The translations under genes were made by a program, and so were the position numbers. A stretch of DNA of 64,000 bases from Octopus sinensis. Lineage: Eukaryota. Below are positions 37,542 through 49,392 of this stretch, one piece after another. Under the pieces are notes generated by a model. The model was not told where the DNA came from. It ran no database searches and worked only from the letters and a program-made list of their open reading frames with translations. Each line of letters opens with the position of its first letter. Position 1 is the stretch's first letter. Location: contig NC_043006.1 of NCBI RefSeq assembly GCF_006345805.1, positions 12,896,001-12,960,000 of the forward strand, read 5' to 3'.

Positions 37542-37840
37542 TTATGTATATATAATATATATACGTATGTGTATATATATGTATATGTATATATATGTAT
37601 ATATATGTATAAGTATATATATGTATATGTATATACGTATATGCATATGTATATATATATATATATAAATGTATATGTATATATACGTATATGCATATGT
37701 ATATATATATATATGTATAAATATATATATATATATGTATATGTATATATATATACAACACACACATACATACATACATACATACATACTTACATACATA
37801 CATACATACGTTCATACATACATTCATATATATATATATA
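37355..37840. repeat. (TA)n/(TATG)n microsatellite block
   Basis: Directly visible. Confidence 0.95.
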
Positions 37841-38712
37841 TACATACCTATTAGTAGCAATTTACAGAAAAGTTCTCGAGAAGATAGATTTTAGAAATAA
37901 AAGAGACAAATAAAAAAAAAAAGAAACATATATATAAAAACATCATACTTCACAAGAACTACTAAAAATGGTAATGGAATCGCTGAATAAATCAGCATTA
38001 TGTTTTTAAATGATATCTTATATGAATGAAATAAAATGTTAATAAATCTGTTTTATGGAATTCACAACAACATTTTATTAATCACTGTCACATATCAACG
38101 TTTATTTATTATATTCTTTGTATTGTATGTTTATTTGTTATGACCTTTATTTATAGCAACCCGTCAGAGTCTCAGACGCAGAAATGAGGACCGATGCAAT
38201 CGTATTCGTATCGTATGATTGATTTGGTTTCGCTGTCATATTTTTTTTTTTTTAATTATTTTACCGAACGATTTGTAGAGAATTTGATTTCTATAACGGC
38301 ACTAGTAAAATATCAATTTCTTGGTGAAGGTGGAACTTTAGACAAATAAAAGTATCTTCTGAAGGGAGGACAAACGATGAAGGGAAAGAGAGGGAGCGGT
38401 GGAAGTGAAAGATGGGTTGGGGGAGGAGCCTATAGAACAACTAGTTTGCATAACCGCGAACACTGAAGTATATCATCAGTTTTCGATGTTGAATCTGTCT
38501 TCTGAGAACACGCCTTACAACTCTCTGCATATACCATGTCATATTTCCTCACCAAAATAAGGATTCAAATTATGAATACTTATAATACATGGTACATAGA
38601 CTACAAAGTTTAACCAACCACATTTGATATGAAAAATATATAAAGTAATAAATGTATTTCGTTTTGGGATTTGGTTTGCAAGATTCTTGGCATGAGTTCG
38701 TGTGTTGAAGCA

Positions 38713-38937
38713 TATTCTGTTGTGTCTGGGGAGAGTAATTTTCTTTTTGTGCCTTATAATATAATAAAAGGAAACGCAGGAGGAATAAAGGACAGAGTCA
38801 AAAATATTGAAAAGGTTGCAAGACGCAACGAAAATTTTAGGAAGATAAAAATAAGACAAAAGTGGAAATATTACCGGTGAGTGTGTTATATCATAAGGCA
38901 CAAAAAGAAAAGGTCTCTCCCCAGACACAACAGAATA
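38713..38937. repeat. 52-bp inverted repeat pair, possible TA-flanked MITE
   Basis: Arms 38713-38764 / 38886-38937 match at 48 of 52 positions and both outer ends are TA. Confidence 0.7.
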
Positions 38938-39201
38938 AATGTTTTCTTTTTCAGATAAGTTTTCTTTATATTTTATATCAAATGTATTCTGCAAGAAATG
39001 AATTATTGGTTTCAAATTTTGGCCCAAAGACCAGTTTTCCGGGGCAGTGGGGTATGTCGCTTACGTAGACCCCAGTACTCAACTGGTACTTATTTTATAG
39101 ACCACGAAAGGGTGAAAGACAAAGTCAACTTCGGTGGAATTTAAACTCAGAACTTAAATCTGACGAAATGCTGCTAAGCATCGATGTCCCAGCGTATCTG
39201 C

Positions 39202-39433
39202 CTCTTTTATTCTCTTTTCTCTTTTACTTGTTTCAGTCATTTGATTGCGGCCATGCTGCAGCACCGCCTTTAGTCGAGCAGATCGACCCCGGGACTTATT
39301 CTTTTGTAAGCCCAGTACTTATTCTATCGGTCTCTTTTGCCGAACCGCTAAGTGACGATGCCACGCAGTGGGACTGAACCCGGAACCATGTGGTTGGTTA
39401 GCAAGCTACTTACCACACAGCCACTCCTGCGCC
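39202..39433 (-). mobile_element. SINE family A with the central microsatellite region deleted
   Basis: Tail and head are joined at ..AGTGACG|ATGCCACG.. (~39357). Confidence 0.85.
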
Positions 39434-39872
39434 TGTTCACCATCTTTGTATAAAATCAAATAGTGGCTTCGAATTCTGGTTCCAAACCAGAAATTTCGAT
39501 GAAGAAAGTAAGTCGATTATATCGAACTGGTACTTCACTGGTACTTACTCCATCGAACCCGAAATGATAAAAATCTAAGTCGACTTCGGCGGAATTTGAA
39601 CTCAGAACGTAAAGAACTGCCACTAATCATTTCCGCACCGTTTAATGACTCTGCCTGCTCGGTGTCCCATGTATAAAAGGAAATATCGATTTCACATTTT
39701 GGCTCTAGGCCAGCAATTACAGTGGGAAGAGGTTAGTCCAGTGGTTTGCAATTTTTTCACATTGGTTCCCAACCCATTTATTTAAATGAGTATCCCCTTT
39801 TAATATGCTTATCCTTATATACATATACATACATACATATATATATACACACACACACACACATATATATAT

Positions 39873-39931
<59 letters not shown>

Positions 39932-41063
39932 TTTGAATGTAGTCCATGGACCCCAGTACAACCTTTGCGGACCACCAGGGGTCCCCATACCTCAAGTTGG
40001 GAACCACTGGGCTAGTCGACTATATCGATGCCAGAATTCAACTGGTACTGTTATCTATCACGAAAGGACGAAGAGCAAAGTCAAGCTCTGCGGAATTTGA
40101 ACTCAGAAGGACAAGATACCGTAAAGCATTTTGCTTGTGCTAAAGATTGTGCCACCACGCTGCATCTATAAAAAAGTATACGTTAAAAATCAAGTATTGG
40201 TGTTCAGCTGGCAGAATCTTTAGAGCGTGCGGTAAAATTGCTTTGCTGTATTTTCCTTTCTCTACATTCTAAGCGTATCTCCTGTGGACCCCAATTTTGT
40301 AATCTTTTTGAGGTCAATAAAACAAAGTTCAGTCCAATTGGAGATCAGTGTCATCGACTGAACCATCGACGTCAAAATTGCTGAAATTATCCCTCAGTTA
40401 GAAGCCATCATATGAGATTATCCACTTTTGTGGTAGTCGGGTAATAATGCAGGTTATACATATTGAGAAATTTAAGACATTATTCATCTCAAATTCGACA
40501 GTTTTGCTATTCCATGTAGCATATTATACATAGTAGCGTTTTAGATATAAACTTAAACGTTTATTGTTTCTTGGGAACACGTGTATTTAAAGATTTTCAC
40601 AGGAGAAGTAAACGTGAGGTGAATGTATTAATAACATACTTGAAAATGAGATGATGACGTGGTATTTGAACACAAAAACATAGCAATGATATCTGAAATT
40701 TTGCTTTCATTTTTTTTTCCTTTCTTAATTAAGCGAAAGATTTCTAGAGTTTCGTAAATTGATATTACGTAAATAAATCTCTAATTATCTGAAACTTATT
40801 GTTAATAAGATTACAGTTCTTCGGGTTATTAAAAATTATTTTTAGAGGTGAAGACATATCTAATAATTACGTCAACTGTACTTTTTGGTTTCAGATCAAA
40901 ATGACTGAAACGTAAATGAGAGATTCAATGATGTTCATACATTTCCAAAATAGACAACTTCAACACGCCTAGATCTATTCAACAGAGAATCAATTACCTG
41001 GAGCAGCTACTATGGTATTCCTTGATGGAATACACCTCTGTATGATATTTGTAATAAAAACCC

Positions 41064-41103
<40 letters not shown>

Positions 41104-41259
41104 TATATGAATAAAAAATGGAGTTAACGCAGGTGTAATCAAATATTTTTACTTTCGACACATGTTTCGAAAATTCCACTGATACTATTCAAGAGAATAA
41201 ATGGTATAAACAATGCAATCTTCTCTTCAGGAAAGTGAAAATATATATATATATATATC

Positions 41260-41308
<49 letters not shown>

Positions 41309-41491
41309 ATATATATATATATGTTGGTTGGTTGTTTGATTTCTCCAGTCATGATCTACGCCGTAGAGAGAAAGGGGAGGAAGCAAAGCAAAAATGCAGA
41401 GAAAGAGAGAGAGGGAGGGAGGGAAAGTTAACATAAGAAGTCCAAGATGAATGTACCTTATAACTTTATGAAAACTTATGTTCTATTGAAA

Positions 41492-41905
41492 GGCGGCGAG
41501 CTGGCAGAAACGTTAGCACGCCGGTCGAAATGCTTTGCGGTATTTCGTCTGCCGCTACGTTCTAAGTTCAAATTCTGCCGAGGTCGACTTTGCCTTTCAT
41601 CCTTTCGGGGTCGATTTAATAAGTACCAGTTACGCACTGGGGTCGATATAATCGACTTAATCCGTTTGTCTGTCCTTGTTTTTCCCTTCTGTGTTTATCC
41701 CCTTGTGAGTAGTAAAAAAATAGGTATTTCGTCTGTCTTTATCTGAGTTCAAATTCCGCCGAGGTTGAATTTCCCTTTCATCCTTTCGGGGTCGATAAAT
41801 AAAGTACCAGTTCCGCACTGGGATCGATATAATCGACTTAATCCGTTTGTCTGTTCTTGTTTGTTCTCTCTCTGTTTAGCTCCATCTGGGCAATAAAGAA
41901 ATATA
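41492..41905 (+). mobile_element. SINE family M dimer (head + 2 units)
   Basis: Perfect 15-bp TSD TATGTTCTATTGAAA (41477-41491 / 41906-41920). Confidence 0.9.
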
Positions 41906-42522
41906 TATGTTCTATTGAAATGTAATTTTGCAGAGCAGAGACAGGTTTCCTATGGATTAGAATGAGATTAGGGTGATAAGATTTAGAAAATACTAGCATA
42001 TTTATTGCAATATGCAAATGAGAATTTTGTATATATTTTATTTTAAGCTAATAAATCAATTTCTTTTAAAAATTAGTATGCATTTCATCATTTTGCTTTA
42101 GTAGTTTTGTATATGAAATTACGTAAAAGTTAAATTTAATTATTTTATGTTTGGGTATGTGGATATCTTGAAAATACCTCACAGAGTGAAAACCGTGCTC
42201 AGCGTTGTTATGCGCTGCCCTTTGGCAAGACACAGCACCCGTTCAGCCACCCTGCTATTGATACGGTGAATACAGGGGAATACAGCATGGCGGATTGAGA
42301 GGAAGTAGCAGTAAAGCTGAACTGAGTCAACGGTGCTTCTTACAATGATGCTGAATGGAGGACTCCAAGAAGATCAACGGTCAGATTCACCAGGCTCTAT
42401 CAAGACAATAACTGCAACGCATCCATATGGGTGGCGTACACGGCTGTATAATTACCTCATGAAAGATTCACAATGAATCAAGTACCCATTTCAAATTCAT
42501 AATAATAGAATTGGGTCCAGAG

Positions 42523-43248
42523 TTCATCTGCCACCACGTTCTGAGTTCAAATTCCGCCGAGTTCGACTTTGCCTTTCATTGTTTCGGGGTCGAGTAAATA
42601 AATACCAGTTGCGCACTGGGGTCGATATAATCGACTTAATCCGCCTGTCTGTCCTTGTTTGTCCCCTCTGTGTTTAGCCCATTGTGGGTAGTAAAGAAAT
42701 AGGTATTTCGTCTGCCGCTTCTGAGTTCAAATTGTGCCGAGTTCGGCCTTGCCTTTCATCCTTTCGGGGTCTATTGAATAAGTACCAGTTACGCACTGGG
42801 GTCGATATAATCGACTTAATCCGTTTGTCTGTCCTTGTTTGTCCCCTCTGTGTTTAGCCCTTGTGGGTAGTAAAGAAATAGGTATTTCGTCTCCCGTTAC
42901 GTTTTGAGTTCAAATTCCGCCGAAGTCGACTTTGCCTCTCATCCTTTCGGGGTCGAGTAAATAAATACCAGTTACACACTGGGGTCGATTTATTCGACTT
43001 AATCCGTTTGTCTGTCCTTGTTTGTACCCTCTGCGTTTAGTCCCTTGTGGGTAGTAAAGAAATAGGTATTTCGTCTGCTGCTACGTTCTGAGTTCAAATT
43101 CTGCCGAGTTCGACTTTGCCTTTCATCATTTCGGGATCGATTAGATAAGTACCAGTTACGCACTCAGGTCGATATAATCGATTTAATCCGTTTGTCTGTC
43201 CTTGTTTGTCACCTCTGTGTGTATCCCCTTGTGGGTAGTAAAGAAATA
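42523..43248 (+). mobile_element. SINE family M tetramer, 5'-truncated
   Basis: Four ~180-bp units with junctions after 42702, 42881 and 43065. Perfect 16-bp TSD AGAATTGGGTCCAGAG (42507-42522 / 43249-43264). Confidence 0.9.
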
Positions 43249-43725
43249 AGAATTGGGTCCAGAGAATCCATGAAAGTAGAGAAAAAGAATTATATGTGTA
43301 TCTTTCAAATGATGCGAAACACACTTTTATTAAAAATAAGTCAGAATAACATAATGTGTAGCTAAGTGTTTTACTGTCTTTGTTATTTTGTAGTATTTTA
43401 CACACACGAAAAAAACAATAAAGCAAGAATTCTCCGTCGATATCGACGACAGGAATTTAGTTGTTGACGCGCCATATGTCCAAATATAACGTACTTTTCA
43501 GACAAAATCAATCAACATGTGACAATTTCATTCTGGGTCGGACCTTTAAATTGCAGGTACAATAACTTTGACATGAGTACATATAGGTTCTGTCTCCTTA
43601 ATTCCACCCAGAAGTATTGGGCCGAACAGGATGAATGGTAAAATAAATTTACCGAACATACCAATTCGTGGGCTCGAACCCGAGATTTTACAGTAACAGA
43701 GAAATCTTTTTATCCTTTCAGTTAT

Positions 43726-43955
43726 ATATTTCTTTACTGCCCACGAGGGGCTAAACATAGAGGGGACAAACAATCACAGACAAAGGGATTAAGTCGATTA
43801 TATCGACCCTAGTGCGAAATTGGTACTTTATTTATCGACCCCAGAGAAGATGAAAGGCAAAGTCGTCCTCGGCTGAATTTGAACTCAGAACGTAATGACA
43901 GATGAACTACCGCTAAGCGTTTCGCCCGGCGCGTTAACGTTTCTGCCAGCTCGCC
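43726..43955 (-). mobile_element. SINE family M, monomer
   Basis: Perfect 18-bp TSD TTTTATCCTTTCAGTTAT (43708-43725 / 43956-43973). Confidence 0.9.
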
Positions 43956-44276
43956 TTTTATCCTTTCAGTTATGCATTCAATCACAGCCATTCGAATGCC
44001 ACGTTATTTCTTTTTTTTTTTCAATGAGAGATAACCTAGATGATAAAATGAAGTTAGCTAACGTGACCCGTGCAACTAAAAGGCAAACAATTAAAATTAT
44101 ATGTAGAGGCATTAAGTACTGCTATTGTTGCTGCTTTGCTCGCATCAAGGGAATATATGATCAAAAGAATTCCAGCCGTGACTATCACAGTTATATTCAA
44201 ATATAATCTATCTAGGGGCACACGATTCATACAAAATGTATACTTCCTTTTTTAAGGCGGTATTAGCGGAATATAA

Positions 44277-44510
44277 GGCGGCGAGCTGGCAGAATCGTTA
44301 GCACACAGGGCGAAATGCGTAGCCGTATTTCGTCTGTCGTTACGTTCTGAGTTCAAATTCCGTCGAGGTCGACTTTGCCTTTCATCCTTTCGGGGTCCAT
44401 TAAATAAGTACCAGTTACGCACTGGAGGTCGATATAATCGACTTAATACGTTTGTTTGTCCTTGTTTGTCCCCTCTGCGTTTACCCCTATGTGGGTAGTA
44501 AAGAAATAGG
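44277..44510 (+). mobile_element. SINE family M, monomer
   Basis: Full head-to-tail family homology. Confidence 0.9.
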
Positions 44511-44771
44511 TATAGGGGGATACAACCACTATTTTCTAGTAGGTCTAACAATTTCGTCAAAGGGCTTTTACTTAGACATTCAGTTACTTGATATCCGTAC
44601 GATCTCCGTCGTGCCATGCGGTGTTTCTTGGACAATATGTAGACATGGCGGAACCGATCCGTTTCAATGCTTGACGAGGGCCAATTTCTTCCAGAAGAGA
44701 AAATGACAGCCAGATATAAAGACCGAAATAAGAAACAGCAAACACCAGTAAATGACGGATACTATGTATAT

Positions 44772-45178
44772 TTCTTTATTGCCCACAAGGGGCTAAACAT
44801 AGAGGGGACAAACAAGGGCAGACAAACGGATTAAGTCGATTATATCGACCCCAGTGCCTAACAGGCACTTAATTTATCGACCCCGAAAAGATGGAAGGCA
44901 AAGTTGATCTCGGCGGAATTTGAACTCAGAACGTAACGGCAGACGAAATACCTGTTTCTTTACTCCCCACAATGGGCTAAACACAGAGAGGACAAACATG
45001 GACAGACAAACGGATTAAGTCGATTATATCGACCCCAGTGCATAACTGGTACTTATTTAATCGATCCGGAAAGGAAGAAAGGCAAAGTCGTCCTCAGCGG
45101 AATTTGAACTCAGAACGTAACGGCAGACGAAATACCGCTAAGCATTTCGCCCGGCGTGCTAACGTTTCCGCCAGCTCG
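44772..45178 (-). mobile_element. SINE family M dimer (head + 2 units)
   Basis: Perfect 16-bp TSD CGGATACTATGTATAT (44756-44771 / 45179-45194). Confidence 0.9.
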
Positions 45179-45420
45179 CGGATACTATGTATATCAACCT
45201 CGAAAGGATGAAAGGTACAAATTATCTTACCAGAATTGGAACTTAGAGAGGGGACAACCTAAACGAGTACCAGAAACTAATTTATCTACCGCTCTAATGA
45301 TTCTACTAATTGGCTGTCTATAGCGATAATAATATGAATAAACAAATGCTATAAATCTTATTGAAGTAAATACCGATCATCTTAAATAGTGATGTAACAT
45401 GGACTCAACCTATACTATTG

Positions 45421-45560
45421 ACATCATTTGTATTTGACGGATATTTGTCCTCATCTTGTTTGTTGTTAACACAACGTTTCGGCTGATACACCCTCCAACC
45501 GTCATCAGGTGTCCTGGGGAAATTTCGAATCTGGGTTCTCATTTCTAAGGTACTTTTCGA

Positions 45561-45607
<47 letters not shown>

Positions 45608-45699
45608 CATTGCTATTATTATTATTATTATCATCAACATCATTGCTATTATTATTATTATCATTGCTATTATCATCATCATCATCATCATCATCATTA

Positions 45700-45748
<49 letters not shown>

Positions 45749-45890
45749 CATTATTATTATTATCCAGGTCACTGCCTGGAATCGAACTCGGAATCTTGGT
45801 GTTAGTAGCCAGCGCTCTTAACAACTACGCCATATGCCCGTGTGGATATTATGTAAATAATGTACATAATCCCTCTCCCTCATCTCTTAA
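45421..45890. mobile_element. Family B: tRNA head + (AAT/GAT)n + hammerhead tail, inverted relative to its 3' end
   Basis: Minus 45839-45421 carries the tRNA-like head GGGCATATGGCGTAG..GAGTTCGATTCC, the microsatellite and the hammerhead (45468-45513). Plus 45851-45890 is the family 3' end ATGTAAATAATGTACATAAT..CCTCATCTCTTAA. Confidence 0.85.
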
Positions 45891-46759
45891 TGTTCCTAAC
45901 CTGTTTTCTATGACAACGGCCCTCATGACTCTGGTTATTATGCTTATTGAAGTATATGATTCTACTGAATATGATACTGGCTACAGTTACACCATAATCT
46001 ATGACGATTTTATTTGAAAACTAAGAATTGTCAACAACATTATTTTTGTATATTACGGGCTAATGAAGAAGCTTATATGTGATCAATTTGTATAGCGTAT
46101 ATCACTGCTAAATCATCCCCAAATTATACTTTCCCGTGTAGAAAATGATGGGGGTATGTTGAATAATGTTTTCCTAGATACGCAAAGAGGGAGGAAAAGA
46201 TGGGAACCTGAAGAATGAGAGGTCTTCTATTAGCCATTGGAGCAGAGATAACCATGAATTAAGCACCAACATCAACGAAGTGTCAAAGTAGTAGCACCAA
46301 CTGCCAGAAATCACAGCCAAATCTTTGTTAAATTTCAACGCCTCAGTTTTATAAGAAGATCTCATCGTAACTGTGGTAACTACTGATATACAAAAGACGA
46401 TATAGTCAAAGCAAGAAAACATGTTATCCATCTGGGACTAAACTGAGACCGAAGACAATAACGTAACTACTACATTTTTTAACCTTGCACATACTGGATG
46501 GTAATGAGAGCGAAACTTCGGACACTTGAAAGCCTAATGGTTGTGTTAAATAAAAAAAAGTAGAAAGATAATAAGAAAGATATGACGAAACAAGAGTCAC
46601 TTGTCTCCACGTAGACTAGTTCACATTGGCGAGAAGGAAAGGCAGCTCTCCTCTATTTCCTTCTGGTTCTTAACATCAATATTGAGAATAAGGTGGCAGA
46701 ATTGTTTGCACGCTGGGAAAAATACTCATCAACTTTACGTCCGTCTTTATATTCGGTGT

Positions 46760-46900
46760 TCAAAAATCGCCGATGTTGACTTTGCTTTCCAACCTTTCAG
46801 AGTCAATAAAATAAGTACCATCTGAGTATTGGGGTCGATATAATCGACGTACCCTCCCCTCGAAATTACTGGCATTGTGTCAAGATTTGAAACCAATGTA
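46760..46900 (+). mobile_element. Degenerate relative of SINE family M
   Basis: GACTTTGCTTTCCAACCTTTCAGAGTCAATAAAATAAGTACC..GGGGTCGATATAATCGAC. Confidence 0.6.
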
Positions 46901-47639
46901 AATTTTTAAGCAAAAGGCTTCAAAGTTAGTGGAAAGATATAGCGTTGTCAATTATATCACCGCTAGCCGCTGACAGGTTATTTTTTAAAATCAACTCTGA
47001 AAAGACTGAAAGTAAATTTAACCTCAACACCATTTGAACACATGACAAGAAAATAGATCGGGACTAGGTGCCGTATATCATTCAGCTTAGTTCGAAGCTT
47101 TATATGCTACTGTATTGTAAATCTCTTACATAATTTCAGCAGTTTTAAAATGTTATACATGTTTAAAAACGAGCTAATAAATTTACTTTCTGCAATAAAC
47201 TTTATGGTTTCCGATGCTAAATAGATTGCTTCGTTCACAATGGCTGCGTCGTAAATTATGGTCATTCCACAACAATAAATATTCATATCGATCATTTCAA
47301 AGAAATCAAGTGTTTTCAGTGAGAAAGATTGGTGAATTTCCAATCATCTTAACACCAGTGAGAAATACTTTCACATTTAAAACATTATTTAAGTTAACGT
47401 TGTTAACGAGAAATCATAAACCTGGTCGGTAGACCTGTTAGGCGTATCTGCCAAATCTTAAACTAATTACGACCTACTACCTCAAACAAAAGGGAATATA
47501 TATCACTTAGTATAGTTCATAGGTGCATTGTTTTTGACAAATAGAAAAAAATACTTTTATAATATAAACCAGAATTCGTTTGATGGGTGTCAGTGAGATG
47601 ACAAAATCCATCGAACGTCCGAAAAAAATGTTTTGGCAT

Positions 47640-47960
47640 ATTTATTCCGGATTGCTATAGTCTGAATTCAAATCCAGCCGAGATCAACTTCAAATTTCAT
47701 CCATCCAGGGTTGATAAGATAAAGTACCAGTCAAGTACTGGAGACTACGATGTCCAATAAAACCGCTTCCCTCAAAATTGCTGGCGTTGTACCCAAATCA
47801 AAGCGAATTGCGAGCTGGCAGAATCGTTAAAGCGTCGGGGAAATTCTTCGCATTATGTTCCGGCTCTCTACTTTCTAAATTCAAGATGTCGGTCTGGCTC
47901 TTCATCCACCAGGAAGCGAGCGAATAGAGTACCAGTCAAGTATTGGGTTTGATGGTACCG
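47640..47960 (+). mobile_element. Two adjacent degenerate relatives of SINE family M
   Basis: CTGAATTCAAATCCAGCCGAG..AAAGTACCAGTCAAGTACTGG, followed by GCGAGCTGGCAGAATCGTT..GAGTACCAGTCAAGTATTGG. Confidence 0.55.
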
Positions 47961-48078
47961 ACAAAAGCCCACCCCTAAAAATTATAGTTCTGTGGCTAAT
48001 GATTGATCACAAGGGACATAAGGCATAAAACTTGAAAATTCTACAATTTGTAATGAAAGTTTGAACAATTTTGAACTT

Positions 48079-48284
48079 ACTTTGTTTACATTATTTACAT
48101 TCGACGGATATTTGTCCTTATCTTGTTTGTTGTTAACACAGCGTTTCGGCTGATATACCCTCCAGCTTTTTCAGGTATGTTGGGGAAATTTCGAACCTGG
48201 GTTTTTATTCCTCAGATAAATATCCGTCGAATGTAAATAATGTAAATAATATACATAATTCCTCATCTCTTAAATATAGAACCG
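48079..48284. mobile_element. Family B copy with internal inversion
   Basis: Minus piece ~48086-48211 (hammerhead fold 48135-48180), plus piece ~48216-48283, and a 12-bp TSD AATTTTGAACTT (48067-48078 / 48285-48296). Confidence 0.85.
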
Positions 48285-49171
48285 AATTTTGAACTTGTTT
48301 TGTGTTGCCAATTTAATTGTAATCAAGATCACTTGGTATCTAATTGGGTTGTATGGGATCTGTCTGGAGAAAAGCATTTCTGAGTAGTTAAGACCTTTGC
48401 TTCTCAATCACAAGATCCTGGGTTCGATATTACAGCTTGGCATGTTAGATAACTGAATTTCTCATAGCCTCGATGAATTGTAGTTGAAGAGAAACTGCAA
48501 AGAAGACTGTCGGCTGTACTGTACCTTATCACACTTATATCACATTGAAATTCGTGGAGAATTACTTTCAGGGTATAAGAGCCTTCTGTATATTCAACCA
48601 CTTCACATACTAATTCAATAATCAAGTTGTGCACTTGATCGAACAATTAGGGGTGCTTGCGTTGATGGGAGGCTCCATCAGAAGATCTATAGCATTGGAT
48701 TCTATATTTTTCAATTAAAGAGATGTGTTTGGTATAGGGCGTTCGTTTATCGCCTGCAACTTTCCAGTCAAGAGGATTTTAATATATTTATGACGTTACT
48801 GCCTCTACGTGGCCTCTCGACTTTCATGGAAAATTCACCGAATCACCCTCATATCATACGTTTTCTGTCATATAAATGTAGGCCCTAATAAGTACACAAT
48901 GTAGACCCCAATAAGTAAAAGGACAATTATCACAAATCTTAATTTTTTTAACGTACACTGAAGGGAGCGAATCATACAATTCCTTCTCGGAAATAGGTTC
49001 ATAAAATCCTTAGAATGTGTCTTAAGATCGGGGTCGTTTACCCGATAATGGAACATCTTGCTACCTATTCAGTTTATAAAATCTTTAGATATGTATATTT
49101 ATCTTTGAGAGTACACATTTGACAAAAATAACATTATACACGAACCAAAGGGAGAACCCGAAATATCTGTT

Positions 49172-49392
49172 TCGTTATTACCCACAAGGGGCTAAACATA
49201 GAGGGGACAAACAAGGACAGACAAACGGATTGAGTCTATTACATCGACCCCAGTGCGCAACTGGTACTCAATTTATCGACCACGAAAGGATAAAAGGCAA
49301 AGTCGACCTGGCGGAATTTGAACACAGAACGTAACGGCAGACGAAATACGGCTACGCATTTCGCCCGGCGTGCTAACGTTTCTGCCAGCTCA
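49172..49392 (-). mobile_element. SINE family M, monomer
   Basis: Family homology. TSD CCG(A/C)AATATCTGTT at 49158-49171 and 49393-49406. Confidence 0.9.

Noticed and set aside
40878-40920. TTTTTGGTTTCAG|ATCAAAATGACTGAAAC|GTAAAT mini-exon or mariner-like start
   Set aside because: The donor is weak, there is an immediate in-frame stop if unspliced, and no transposase similarity follows.
42523-43248. Regularly spaced ~180-bp repeats as a CRISPR or satellite array
   Set aside because: There are no unique spacers, the units are SINE bodies and the context is eukaryotic.
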